Positions 1 through 12,908 are shown, numbered from the stretch's first letter. The stretch: DNA of 55,220 nucleotides from Octopus sinensis (GCF_006345805.1 NW_021835289.1:1-55220), one strand, 5' to 3'. Program-made: numbers and translations. The notes: generated from the letters alone by a model not told the origin.

Positions 1-523
1 ACCATAATTTTTCCAACATGGCCACAGTCTACCAACAGAAGTAAGTCAAAGATAAGAATAACGATGCATAAATACGTTTATGCCTTTGTCCAGTAAGATT
101 CCCGATGAGAAATCATGTGTTGAAATACATATTGTTATATATTGGGACGGTCATCCCCCCCCAAATAAACATACGCACTGTATATTCGTTCTTTATTTCA
201 GCTTTATTACTTTTCTTATTTTAGTTTCCTTTGTCTGAAATTTTTCTTCACAAATCCTGTGACAACTTCAGCGCATCTCCATCCCACGTGTCTCCTCATG
301 CACACACGAACGCAGAGACATGCAAACACACGCAAAAACAGGCATTCTCACAAACGCAGACACACACAGACGCACAGAGAAATAGATCAAATATTGACAA
401 TCAAAAGATCACGAAAGCCACTCAACTATATAGAACTGAATTGATTTATAAATATATCCTGTACATTTATTAATTTAGCTTCGGTCCTTACGAATGGCAA
501 AATATTATTATATATACTTTTTT

Positions 524-570
524 GCTACCTCTGATGACACTGTGTTAAAACAACGAAACAGTCGGCTAGC
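524..570 (+). ncRNA. Decayed type I hammerhead ribozyme-like motif
   Basis: gctacct-CTGATGA-cactgtgttaaaacaac-GAAAC-a-GTC-ggctagc: intact core boxes, GUC cleavage triplet, stem I pairs 6 of 7 positions; stem II is poorly formed. Confidence 0.5.
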
Positions 571-895
571 TATAAGGTCAGAATCTATACTAATAAACAC
601 ATATGATATTTTCTGCTAGTTCGGCTGTAACTCATATTTATGGGAGGAAATTGAAGAGATAATCTGTAATGCACACAACGTTTATATTGTTCGTCACACA
701 ATTCATTGATAAACTATGGAACGAAATCAAAGACATAATAATCTATCATAGACACAAACATTTATTCTTAGACAATTGACTGTTAAACTATGGAACCAAG
801 TTGCAGACCTAATCTGTTATAGACACAGTACTGATATTATTTATATTATTCATAAGACAATTGACAGATAAATAAATATTTCAAATGAAATTATA

Positions 896-1353
896 GGCGT
901 ACACAAACACACGCACACACACACACGAACACAAACACACACACACAGATACGTATATGTATATATACATACATGCATACATATGTATGTATATGTATAC
1001 GTGCATATGTCAATATACGTGACATATATACAGATACATCTTAAACGTTCGCAATAAATATAACATTTACGGATGTCTATATATATATATATACATATAT
1101 ATGTGTCAGTCTATATTGCATTCCGATTATATATATATATATACATACATACATACATATATATATGTATATATATATGCTATGTCTATATGTATGTATA
1201 TATATGTATATGTATATGTGTGTGTATATATATATATATAATATATATATATATATAATATATATAGAGTCATTTCAAGGATGTCATGTCCTCAACCTAT
1301 GACACAATAAATTAACTAATATCCCGAACTCACAATTTTTCTTACCTTATTAG

Positions 1354-1392
<39 letters not shown>

Positions 1393-1653
1393 ATATATAT
1401 GTATATATATGCATGTATATGTATATGCACACTCTCACATATGCACGCAGACAGACACATATAATATATACATGTATATGCATGTATACACATAATCAGA
1501 TATTCATCTACATCGAATGGCTTTTCTTTATACGGTGCCTTATGGGACTCGAACCCACTTACAAAAACGCTTAGACACACAAATACACACACAAAAACAT
1601 CGATGTATATATATATATATATATTATATATATATATATATACATATATGTTA

Positions 1654-1684
<31 letters not shown>

Positions 1685-1806
1685 GTATATATAACATATT
1701 GACGTTTGTGTGTGTATGTATCTAAGCGTTTTTGTATGTATATCGCCATATCTATCTATAATGTAGAATTAGTATTTTGTAAATTATATATATATATTTA
1801 CATACT

Positions 1807-1869
<63 letters not shown>

Positions 1870-1880
1870 GTCCACAGTAG
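896..1880. repeat. Compound (CA)n/(TA)n microsatellite block
   Basis: Directly visible dinucleotide tracts with short unique interruptions. Confidence 0.9.
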
Positions 1881-2308
1881 TGCTGAAGCTTGACTGCAGC
1901 CGCATGGCTGAAACGAGTAAAAGAAACTGTATATATACATATATATTAAATTTTGAATTTAGAGTCGGTGTATATGTAGAGCAGCTATTATAGTTCATGC
2001 GTTTGTACTGTGGGTGTATGCATCTCTTTTCTTAGACACAAAAAAGTCTATCTGCTCCTTATATCAAAAATCGCTTGTATAAAATCTACAAGCACTGATA
2101 GTGAAAGAAGGCATAGAGATAAGCTTATTTTCTTTCTTCGAGAAAGTACTTTGTCCGAAACGTCGTAAATCTCGTACCTAAATATATGCAAGCTTAAGAA
2201 CGATTTTAATGATTAATACGATATTTGTCGACGCAAGACCATCATTGTTCCCTTTGTAACTGGTTTCGTGGACACATATATACACATATATATGTACATA
2301 TGCATATA

Positions 2309-2527
2309 CGAGGTGGTGCTGAAAAGTTCCTGGTCTTAAGAGTATCATGAAAAGTGTGGTTGAAGGGCCAACCATCTGGGTTCTTTTACTGGGCTTAGAA
2401 AAACTGAAGCATCGCGGCAATAAGTGTGTGAATCTGAGAGGGGAATATGTTGAATAAAATCATAATTAACTGATAAAACTCCTGTATTTTCTTTTATCCT
2501 AAGCCAGTGCTATTCAGCACTCCCTCG
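2309..2527 (+). mobile_element. Mariner-derived MITE
   Basis: TA|cgaggtggtgctgaaaagttcctggtcttaag ... cctaagccagtgctattcagcactccctcg|TA gives imperfect TIRs and a TA TSD; the interior encodes GLEKLKHRGNKCVNLRGEYVE*, a mariner transposase C-terminus. Confidence 0.85.
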
Positions 2528-2537
2528 TACATACATT

Positions 2538-2630
<93 letters not shown>

Positions 2631-2719
2631 ACATATATGTACGTATGTATACACACACACTGACAGACACACACACGCATACAGACACATATACAGACAG
2701 ACACACGCACAGACACATA

Positions 2720-2750
<31 letters not shown>

Positions 2751-2820
2751 ATATATATTATATATATGCATGTTCGTATATATTTATATATGTGTGCGTG
2801 TGTGTGTGTGTGCATATGTA
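2528..2820. repeat. (TA)n/(CA)n microsatellite
   Basis: Long pure TA run followed by CA/TA mixtures. Confidence 0.9.
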
Positions 2821-3261
2821 AACTTTAGATCATGTGTTTCTGAAATATTTTTAATTTCAAAGCCAAATTCACTACAGTTACCGTGAAGGAAATCTCTCAT
2901 TTGGTGCGAAAACACCATATCTGTACTCACTTTCTCCCGTTCTCTCTCTTCCTCTATCTCTCCCTCGCTTTCTTTCTCTCTAACACACACACACATGCGC
3001 GAGCACACACATACACATACATATACACACACGCACACGCACATCATATATACATATATATGTCTAAAAATGTTGAATTAGATTCATCCTTCAATTTGGA
3101 CGTTTCCAAAAAAAAAATCAAACAAGATTTCTAATATTGATTCTTCATAATTTGTTGTTAGCTCACTGGCATAAAATTACGAATATGAAAGTAATACTTG
3201 TATATGGTGTGTTGTGAATTTATGGAAAGAAATTCCATAAAACTAAACAATTTTCATAAAA

Positions 3262-3639
3262 TTCTTTTATTCTTTTATTTGTTTCAGTCATTTGACTGCG
3301 GCCATGCTGGGGCACCGCCTTCAGTCGAGCAGATCGACCCCAGGACTTAGTCTTTGTAAGCCTTGTACTTATTCTATAGTTCTATCTTGCCGAACCGCTA
3401 AGTGACGGGGCTGTAAACACACCAGCATAGGTTGTCAAGCGATGTTGGGGGACAAATACAAACACACAAACATATGCATACGTCAGGCTTCTTTCAGTTT
3501 CCATCTACCAAATTCACTCACAAGGTTTTGGTCGGCCCGAGGCTATATTAGAAGACACTTGCCCAAGATGCCACGCTGTGGGACTGAACTCGGAACCATG
3601 TGGTTCGTCAGCAAGCTACTTACCACACAGTCACTCCTG
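3262..3639 (-). mobile_element. tRNA-headed SINE, family A (working name)
   Basis: Matches copies at 9292, 28571 and 45170: A/B-box-like head, ttgggcaagtgtcttct central motif, 3' end cagtcaaatgactgaaacaa. Confidence 0.85.
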
Positions 3640-3756
3640 AATTAAAAGAAAATGTTGATTCATACAGACGATCGTTTCGTACAACGATATAAAAATCATG
3701 CAAATTCATGGTTGAAAAGCATTAATTAAATTAATTCGATTAAATTAAATTAAATC

Positions 3757-4018
3757 AATTTAATTATATATCACTGTACTCTGCAGTGCAAGAAGTACAT
3801 ACAAAATTTTTATAAGGACTTGAGAAAGGGAAAAGCAGAATAGAACCTAGGAATTTCATATTTATTCTTATGAGAAAGAAAGATATGTGTGAGTCCGGTT
3901 AGGTATTAACTAAATATCAATCTTCTCGATCCTGTTCTACTTTTCCCTTTCTGAAGTCCTTTGTAAGCATTTTGTTTATACTCTTGCACTGAAGCGTACA
4001 GTGATATATCATTAAATT
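3757..4018. mobile_element. Fold-back/MITE-like element with ~90-bp imperfect TIRs
   Basis: Left arm aatttaattatatatcactgtactctgcagtgcaag...gggaaaagcagaatag is the reverse complement (roughly 80% by eye) of the right arm 3928-4018. Confidence 0.7.
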
Positions 4019-4039
4019 AATTTAATTTTTACGTATATA

Positions 4040-4212
4040 CACAAAACGGTGTTCCACACAGATTACGTCCACGAAATTAAACTCACAAGGCGTTGGTCGG
4101 CCCGGGGTTATATAGCAGAAAATACTTGTCGAATGTGACATGCAGTGGGGGTGAACCCGAAACCACGTTGTTATAAAGCGGGCTTCTAAACCACATAGCC
4201 ATGCCTGTGCCG
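4040..4212 (-). mobile_element. Diverged family A SINE head
   Basis: cacaaggcgttggtcggcccgg...gtgaacccgaaacca...accacatagccatgcctgtgcc aligns to the family A 5' half. Confidence 0.6.
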
Positions 4213-4540
4213 CACTTTCACACAAACACACACACATGCACACCCACGCACACACGCACACACACGCATGCACACAAACACATACACATGCACACACGCA
4301 TACCTACACACACACATACATACACACACGCACACACGCACACACACACAGACACACACATACGCACGCATACAAACACATACACACACACGTGCGCACA
4401 CACACACACACACGCATGCACACAAGCAAATACACACATGCACACATACACACACACACTTACGCACACACACACGCATACGCACACACACGCATGTACA
4501 CAAACACATACACACACATGCACATATACACACAAACACT
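4213..4540. repeat. (CA)n-rich degenerate microsatellite
   Basis: Directly visible. Confidence 0.9.
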
Positions 4541-4639
4541 TTTTCCCTCTCGACTTCGTCGGTCACGAATAACCATGAGTGCACTTAAGAGATCACCCCC
4601 CCCCCCCGGGTACAAATCTGGGCGGAAAGTCGCCTCACC

Positions 4640-4914
4640 GCGAACGCACAACCAAGGATAGTGTTTTTAAGGAAGACCAGCAGCCGCCCATGCATACCAG
4701 CCTCTCCTCTCCACGCCACCGATGTTATCCAGGGAGAAGGCAAAGGCCGATGCAGCTTGGCACCAGTGACATCGCATCTCATTTCTACATGAAATAAATA
4801 ACGTGAAATAAAGTATCTTGCTGAAGAACACATCACGCAGCCGGTCCGGGAATCGAACCTACAACCTCACGATCGTAAGCTCGACGCTCTAACCACTGAG
4901 CCATGCGCCTTCAC
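4640..4914 (-). mobile_element. tRNA-headed SINE, family B
   Basis: Minus strand gtgaaggcgcatggctcagtggttagagcgtcgagcttacgatcgtgaggttgtaggttcgattccc has A and B boxes and a tRNA-Arg(ACG)-like loop, followed by a tgttcttcagcaagatacttt central motif. Confidence 0.8.
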
Positions 4915-5349
4915 TGCTCACACAAACATACACTTCATACGCAAACATACACACATACATATACACACAGATTCATATGTGCAAGTGTCCATAAGCGTGT
5001 GTTTACGTGTATGCATATCATGAACAAATGCTGAAGTTCCGATCATCAAAACATCGCCAATCACAACAAACACGATCAAAGCAAAATATAAGAGAAAAAA
5101 AGAACTCCCCCTCCCGCCACCAAACAAGTGGCATTATTAATCGGGTGGTGCCACATGAAATTTAGAATGGTAAGCTTGGGAAAACTTGTATTTCTAATGT
5201 CATAAATGTAAAGGAAATAGAGAGAAAATGCATGAATTGCTAAAATTTTAATTGACTTCCATATAATTGAAAACCACCTGCCTTAGCTATCGAGTCACAG
5301 CCAGTTGACGTGTATCGCTATCATCAAAGAAACTTAATGCGCGCGCGTA

Positions 5350-5412
<63 letters not shown>

Positions 5413-5510
5413 CGTGTTTGTGTGTATATGTGTGTGTATACATATATACGTGCGTGTGTGTGCTTAGGTATAATTATATGCATATGTATACACATGTATG
5501 TTAGTATATA

Positions 5511-5558
<48 letters not shown>

Positions 5559-5596
5559 CGTGTGGTGTATAATAGGAATATATTTATGTGTATATC

Positions 5597-5628
<32 letters not shown>

Positions 5629-5690
5629 GTATCTACGTCTCTGTATACATACATACGTGAATATATATAATATATAATATAATGTATATG

Positions 5691-5738
<48 letters not shown>

Positions 5739-6299
5739 TACATTATATATATATACACATATATGTTCATTTGTGTGTGTATGCGCATGTTGAATTTACG
5801 CTTGAATCAGACTTTTGAAGTTTTTCTTTTTTTCTTTCCGAACATTTCTCAGGAGCCAAATATTAGAAAAATACAGGTTGTTACAGCGTATTTATACAAA
5901 TATTAATACAAATTAAAGATAAGAAAAACTGCCTACATAAGAAAAACAAACAAAACAAAAAAAAAGCACATTAAACTTCCTCAACGGAAAGAATAACTGT
6001 CAAACTGAAAATATGTGTTATATTCATGTCCTAAAGAAATCATGTAAATCTTGGGAATTCTATAGAATTTGGGATAGATAAGCAAAACAATTAGTCAGGT
6101 GCCTTTAACTAGAAGCTGAATAAATGAAATCAACGCAAAAGATCTTCAAGAAACAGAGAGGGAAATTCTCAAAGGGAGCTGTGTGTTATAAATGAGGAAT
6201 CGGTAGAGATAATAATAATTCTTAAAAGAAGGAAAAGAAATTATTAATTATTATTTTTAGAAGACAATTATATTCATTTAACATTATTATAGGTAATGT

Positions 6300-6344
<45 letters not shown>

Positions 6345-7061
6345 CATATATATACATATATACATATATACATACACATTCATACATATACACACACACA
6401 CATATATATATATACATATACATCCATACATATATTTATATATATATGTGTGTGTGTGTATGTATGTATATAAGGGTTGTCTTCTTGTGTTATGGCATGT
6501 CAACATTGAATCAATGTTGATTCTTGGGATTCTCTCCTCTTGCCATTTGGAAAGTCTTAACATTGGCTATGAAACGATTGGTCTATTCTATATGGAAGCG
6601 GAGCCTAGTTACCAACTTCCTTGCCCAGGTTCAGTCCCACTTGTGTAGCACCATGCGCCGACTAGGGCTTTGTGAGTGGATTTGGTTTACGGAGACCGAA
6701 AGAACCCACATCGTATATATATATATATATATACCAAATCCATCACCAAAGCCCTAGTCGGCGCATGGTGCTACACAAGTGGGACTGAACCTGGGCAAGG
6801 AAGTTGGTACTAGGCTCCGCTTCCATATAGAATAGACCAATCGTTTCATAGCCAATGTTAAGACTTTCAAATGGCAAGAGGAGAGAATCCCAAGAATCAA
6901 CATTGATTCAATGTTGACATGCCATAAACACAGAAGACAACCCTTATATACATACATACACACACACACATATATATATAAATATATGTATGGATGTTAT
7001 GTATATATATATATGTGTGTGTGTGTATATGTATGAATGTGTATGTATATATGTATATATG

Positions 7062-7092
<31 letters not shown>

Positions 7093-7105
7093 ATATATAT
7101 ATATA
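6300..7105. repeat. Long inverted duplication (arms ~6300-6686 and 6733-~7105)
   Basis: The unique part of each arm (~215 bp) is a reverse-complement match differing only by single-base indels. Confidence 0.9.
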
Positions 7106-7338
7106 AATGTTAGTTTAGACGGATGTATAATCCGGGCGGATACCGTGGTGGCTCTCAGTTATGTTCCAGGTTACGGCTAACCGTATCAATTAGTACTTAA
7201 CGTCTATGACTACTAGGAGTTGTCAGTCATGCTGTAATTCCCTCTAGTGGGTAAATCCGTGTTCGCTTCTCTGGATGGCAATATTACTTGAAATGTATAT
7301 TGGCAATAATTATAACAATAGAGAATATGGAGACTGTA

Positions 7339-7689
7339 CATCCTCAAACTTTATTTCCTTTGATCTTACACTTTCATACAGCTCATTTTTATGGCTTTTA
7401 TGACCCACACGTGTTTCCACTGCATAGATTATGAGTAGTTAGACTGCAACCGGGCATAATTATCTGTGCAGCCTCGTTTAGGGTATGTTCACTGGCTAGT
7501 CTGAATACACATAGTTAACTAATTATGTCTAAATTAACTAATTAGTCTGAATACAATTAGTTAACTAATGATGCATGGTTGCATGTGCAGCTGGCCATAC
7601 TATGTGTTGTGGAAACACGTGTAGGTCGTAATAGCCATAAAAATATGCTATATGAATGGAAAAATAAAAGGAAATAAATTTCAAGGATG
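7339..7689. mobile_element. Old MITE with ~110-bp imperfect TIRs (Tc1/mariner-like)
   Basis: TA|catcctcaaactttatttcc...cacacgtgtttccac...tgcaacc versus ggttgca...gtggaaacacgtgt...ggaaataaatttcaaggatg. Confidence 0.6.
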
Positions 7690-7727
7690 AAGAAGTTTCT
7701 ATATTCTATATCGTTATAATTATTGCT

Positions 7728-7762
<35 letters not shown>

Positions 7763-7764
7763 TA

Positions 7765-7985
7765 GTCTTTTATTCTTTAACTTGTTTCAATCATTTGACT
7801 GCGGCCATGATGGAACACAGCTTCAAAGCATTTTAGTGGAAGAAATCGTCCCAGGGCTTATTATTTTGTAAGCCAAGTACTTATTCTAGCGGTGTCTTTT
7901 GGAGACATAAACACAACATCAGCATCGATTGTGAAGCGATGGTGGGGGAACAAATACAGACACATACAAATACACACGCGTGCGC

Positions 7986-8031
<46 letters not shown>

Positions 8032-8180
8032 GACGGGCTTCTTCCAGTTTCCATCTATTAAATCTACTCACAAGGCTTTGGTCGGCCCGAAGCTATAGTA
8101 GAAAAAATTTGCCCAAGTTGTCACGCAGTGGGACTGAACTCGGAACCATATGGTTGGAAGGCAAGCTTCTTACCATACAG
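7765..8180 (-). mobile_element. Family A SINE
   Basis: Near full-length match to family A with an internal (TA)n tract. Confidence 0.8.
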
Positions 8181-8500
8181 TATATACAAACATACCTGTA
8201 TACATATATATACACATACATATATAATACTTACATACATACATACATACATACATAAATGCATACATACACACACACACATATATATATACATATATAT
8301 ACATATATATGCATAAATATATACATATATATATACATATATATGCACATATATATATACATATATATATGTATGTGTATATATATATGTACATATATAT
8401 GCATATATATATATACATATATATATATGTTGTGTGTGTGTGTGTATGTGTATGTATGGATATATATTATATATTTGCAATACACATACGTGTATATGTG

Positions 8501-8555
<55 letters not shown>

Positions 8556-9118
8556 TATATCTATATATATATTATGTATATATATCGTTTAGCGTTCACA
8601 GCACATATCAGTAACACTTTTCAAATTTATGTACGCTAAACACGTTAGGTTAACGGTATGTTTTTAAAGAATATTCTATAGATTAAAAATCCCATTAAAG
8701 CATATCCCGATATTAAAAAGGGAAAAAAAAAAGACTTCACTTTCAAAGGTACTTTGACATTAGAGTAACTATCATACATTTTGCAGCTTTTGAAATATTT
8801 ACACACACATACACACACACACTTGTGTGTTTGTGAGTGTGTGTGTTTCAATTACAAAATGTTCACCATTGTCTGAAATAAGTACTATTATTCCCTGCCT
8901 ATCAATATGCCAACCTATGTACCAACATACCTACTGACAAATCTCTCGATCTACCTTCATACACATGTAGCTAGATACATAAATACATCATGGTTCAATC
9001 TGGATCTAGACTGATTCCTCTACATTCATATATACATATATATGAGGGAGAGTCAAAAGTTATATGCACTCTTGTTTTTTCAATGTATTTACACAAAAGC
9101 AGGGGATAAACAAGTACG

Positions 9119-10301
9119 CGATTTTTCTATTTAGTCTCCTCTCTTTTAGGTGCACTTGGTCCAACGATCTTCAAGTTTGCGTATTCCTCCACAAAAGAAG
9201 GTTTTCGGTTGGACATGCAACCATTTGTGCACCGCTTCCTTCACATCTTCGTCTGTAGCAAATCAACGACTTCGTAAACAATCTTTGAGCTGGCGCAGGA
9301 GTGGCTGTGTGGTAAGTAGCTTGCTAACCAACCACATGGTTCAGGGTTCAGTCCCACTGCGTGGCATCTTGGGCAAGTGTCTTCTGCTATATCCCCGGGC
9401 CGACCAATGCCTTGTGAGTGGATTTGGTAGACGGAAACTGAAAGAAGCCTGTCGTATGTATGTATATATATATATATATGTGTATGTGTATGTTTGTGTC
9501 TCTGTGTTTGTCCCCCTAGCATTGCTTGACAGCCGATGCTGGTGTGTTTATGTCCCCGTGACTTAGTGGTTCGGCAAAAGAGACTGATAGAATAAGTACT
9601 GGGCTTACAAAGAATAAGTCCCGGGGTCGATCTGCTCGACTAAAGGCGGTGCTCCAGTATGGCCGCAGTCAAAATGACCGAAACAAGTAAAAGAGTAAAA
9701 GAGTCCGAATATATGATAGTCGGAAGGGGCATGATCTGGGCTGTAGGCAGGGTGTTTCAGCAACTAAAAACCTAATTGGTTAATGGTTTCAGCGGTCTGG
9801 TCGGCCGTGTGAAGGCGTGTACTGTCCGGTAACAACAAAACTTTCTTCGACAATAGGCTTCGGCGTTTGGTGCGTGTTGCTGGCTCCAGTGTGTTGGCCA
9901 GCAAAGCACTGAATCTTGCACTGTTGATCGTACATCCCTGTTACAGGTATTCTTCCAGGGTAAGCCCTTTTGAGTCTCAAAAAAGGGCTAGCATTACATT
10001 TTCCGCGGAAGAATGAGTCTTGAATTTCTTCGTCACTGGCGAGCCAGGATATTTCCACTCCATACTCTGTCGTTTGGATTCTGCCTCACGTTTTATCTCC
10101 TCAAATATTCTTCTCCCTCATTGTTGTAGCGATCGTTTGCGCTTCTCGATGCTCCCATATACATATCTACACGCTAGTTCACTGTCCCCGTATTGTGCTA
10201 AAAGCCTCCGATGATGTCAGCGCCTGACACACCTTCCGAACAGAGAAATCGGATCACTGGTCTTTGTTCTTCTTTGGTGCAGATTGCTAGTGGGGTGGTC
10301 T
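9119..10301 (-). pseudogene. Mariner transposase pseudogene
   Basis: Minus strand gives CTKEEQRPVIRFLCSEGVSGA (N-terminus), ESKRQSMEWKYPGSP, VLLLPDSTRLHTA (HDNARPH-like), HPAYSPDHAPSDYHIFG (YSPDLAPxD), EDVKEAVHKWL...IRKLEDRWTKC; stops, two deletions and a SINE insertion. Confidence 0.9.
9292..9704 (+). mobile_element. Family A SINE, full length, inserted in the mariner
   Basis: ggcgcaggagtggctgtgtggtaag...ggttcagtccc head through ...aaacaagtaaaagagtaaaagagt tail; splits the transposase between FG and LKD. Confidence 0.9.
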
Positions 10302-10526
10302 TGCTTATACTGTAAAGCCAGAAGGAAAAAGGGCGCTAACATGCTCAAACTTCGATCACGTGACCACAATAGTATCAACTATAAGCATGCGTGCGCAGAA
10401 AGTAGTCTGTCAATAATAAAGATATGTTATGGCGAAAGTGCGGATAACTTTTGACTTACCCTCGTGTATATATATATATATATATAATATGTGTGTGTGC
10501 GTGTGTGTGTTGTGTGTGTGTGTGTA

Positions 10527-10830
10527 GAGGCCCAGTGGTTAGGGCAGCGGACTCGCGGTTGTAGGGTCGACGTTTCGATTCCTAGACCGGGCGTTGTGAG
10601 TGTTTATTGAGCGAAAACACCCAAGAGCTCCACGAGGCTCCGGCAGTAGATGGTGCCAATCCCTGCTGTACTCTATCGCCGCAACTTTCTCTCACTCTTT
10701 CTTCTGTTGGCCTGCTCGCTTAGCCAGAGGGGTGGCGTCGATTGAAGGCTAAAGCAATGCAAAGCGCATTGTGACTAGCGATGTGTAACAACATCTGATA
10801 GCCTGGTCGGTCACGGTGATCACGGTGATA
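10527..10830 (+). mobile_element. tRNA-headed SINE, family C (tail type 1)
   Basis: ggcccagtggttagggcagcggactcgcgg...tttcgattcctagaccgggcg head shared with the copies at 12909, 13275, 14827 and 21566. Confidence 0.85.
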
Positions 10831-10897
10831 AATATATATTCTCCGTATAGAATACACTTTGTAATGTTCAAGAGATTTAAACTTGAGCGGGTAGAGC

Positions 10898-11257
10898 AGT
10901 AAATGTGGGTATAAGCAAGTTAGAAAGATCGATATATAAAGTATATTAAATACATGAAATACAAAAAAATGTATATATGTTTATATTCTATCTCTGAACT
11001 TGTTTCCTTTAACACCTCAAATGTAAGATCTCTTCCCTGAAGACGGAGGCTGGTCTCATCCTACAATGGAATCCATCTACAAACACTATTTTGGACCACC
11101 AGAAACAGCTGTCGGATATTTTTCTTCAACCGCTTTAATTCTCTATATCATTTGTATTCTGTGTAAGTCTGACCTTTTTGTATGTAAACATAAATACATT
11201 TTTAGTATTTCATGTATTTAATATTGATCTGTCTAACTTACTTATCCTACATTTACT
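10898..11257 (+). mobile_element. Fold-back element enclosing a hammerhead-like motif
   Basis: Arms 10898-10983 and 11185-11257 are reverse complements (taaatacatgaaatac / gtatttcatgtattta and neighbouring sequence). Confidence 0.7.
11033..11117 (+). ncRNA. Type I hammerhead ribozyme-like motif with palindromic stem III
   Basis: tcc-CTGAAGA-(58-nt stem II region ending cca)-GAAACAGCTGTC-gga: ACAGCTGT palindrome, GUC triplet, tcc/gga stem I. Confidence 0.55.
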
Positions 11258-11327
<70 letters not shown>

Positions 11328-11382
11328 ATATAATATATATATTATATATAATATATATACACCTACATACAACATACATACT

Positions 11383-11420
<38 letters not shown>

Positions 11421-11674
11421 TATATAAATATTATATATATATGTATTATATATATAATATATATATATAATATATATATATAATATATATATATCTATAT
11501 TCTAAGAGTTAGAGGTTGTGAATCCAACAACTAAGGGATAATATCTATCCAATATACTGCTGGTAGAATACCCAATTATTAATGCATAAGTGTTTTTTAT
11601 TGCATTGCAATTACATTGCCTAGTGTACTAAATGGGTGAAGGTAAAGAGATATTTTACCATTAATTTATATAGG

Positions 11675-11940
11675 AATAAGAAAATGGAGGGGATCAATTG
11701 GTGGTTCATCAACTTTTAGACATTATATTATTTCAATTTATTTATTTATTTATTTACTAAATTGACAATTACAAGCATATACATACATGTATAACATATT
11801 AAGCTTTACATATGAAATATAAAGATACCAGTAATTATTAAAATATTATGTTATATATTTAGTAAATAAATAAACAAATTGACATAATATAATGTCTAAA
11901 AGTTTATGAGCCACCTATTGATCCCCTCCATTTTCTTATT
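11675..11940. mobile_element. Fold-back/MITE-like element with ~85-bp arms
   Basis: aataagaaaatggaggggatcaattggtggttcatcaacttttagacattatattat... versus ...ataatataatgtctaaaagtttatgagccacctattgatcccctccattttcttatt. Confidence 0.75.
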
Positions 11941-12384
11941 GCACTCTCTCTCTGTCTCTGTATATGTTATATATATATATACATATACGTATGTTATGAA
12001 TGTATGTATGTATGTATGTATAAATTTCAGGATTCAAGCGAATCAGGTACTTAAATAATAAACCGTCAAGTTCAGGTCGGTACGTCGCCTTCGTGTACAA
12101 ACAGTATTTGAAAACAAATACGTACTTACTAAATTAAACATTTATTCTCCGCTTCTGGGTACATTCACAAATGGCCGACTGAATATGCAACGAGTCCTCA
12201 AGGTCGCATATGGGTTCAAACACTGCACCCATTGTACTGCATTCTCTGCACTACTGCACTACTAAATTTCTAGATTTATTTCCACTTTCAGGATATTGTC
12301 TTTAAAAATTTGTTTCGAGACCTGATTTTAATTAACTAACTTAATTGCAAATTTTTTCATTCTAGTTTTCAATTTTCAAAGCAT

Positions 12385-12840
12385 GCATGTATGTACGTAC
12401 GTACGTACGTATGTATGTATGTATGTAGTATGTATGTATGTATGTATGTATGTATGTATGTATGTATGTATTTATGTATGTATGTATGTGTATGTATTTT
12501 GTATGTATGTTTGTATGTATGTTTGTATGTATGTATGTATGTATGTATGTATGTATGTATGTGCGTATGTATATATGAATGTCTGTATGTGTGTATGTAT
12601 ATATACATGGACACATGTAATCACCTGATGAAAACGGTTCTTTTTTGCATGATGCAACACTTCTATTTATCAATAAAAAAAGCAAGTGTGTGTATGTGTG
12701 TATGACTAGGTACGTAACTATGTATGTATGTATGTATGTGTGTATGTATGTATGTATGTATGTATGTATGCATGTATGTATGTATGTATGTATGTATGTA
12801 TGTATGTATGTATATGTGTGTGTGTTTGTGTGTGTGTATG
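12385..12840. repeat. (TATG)n microsatellite
   Basis: Directly visible. Confidence 0.9.
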
Positions 12841-12908
12841 ACGGAAACTGAAAGAAACATATATATATATATATATGTATGTATATTATATATGTATATA
12901 CATATACG

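Larger units (their letters stand above)
9043..10464 (-). mobile_element. Mariner DNA transposon, internally deleted, with a nested SINE
   Basis: TIRs tgagggagagtcaaaagttatatgcact (9043-9070) and agtgcggataacttttgacttaccctcg (ending 10464), TA on the left flank, transposase remnants inside. Confidence 0.9.

Noticed and set aside
2137-2170. Hammerhead-like gtccGAAACGTC
   Set aside because: No recognisable CUGANGA box and stem II is mismatched; at most a relic.
4835-4914. Possible tRNA-Arg gene (also the heads at 9292, 12909 and 53309)
   Set aside because: Imperfect cloverleaf and direct continuation into repeated SINE bodies; these are SINE heads.
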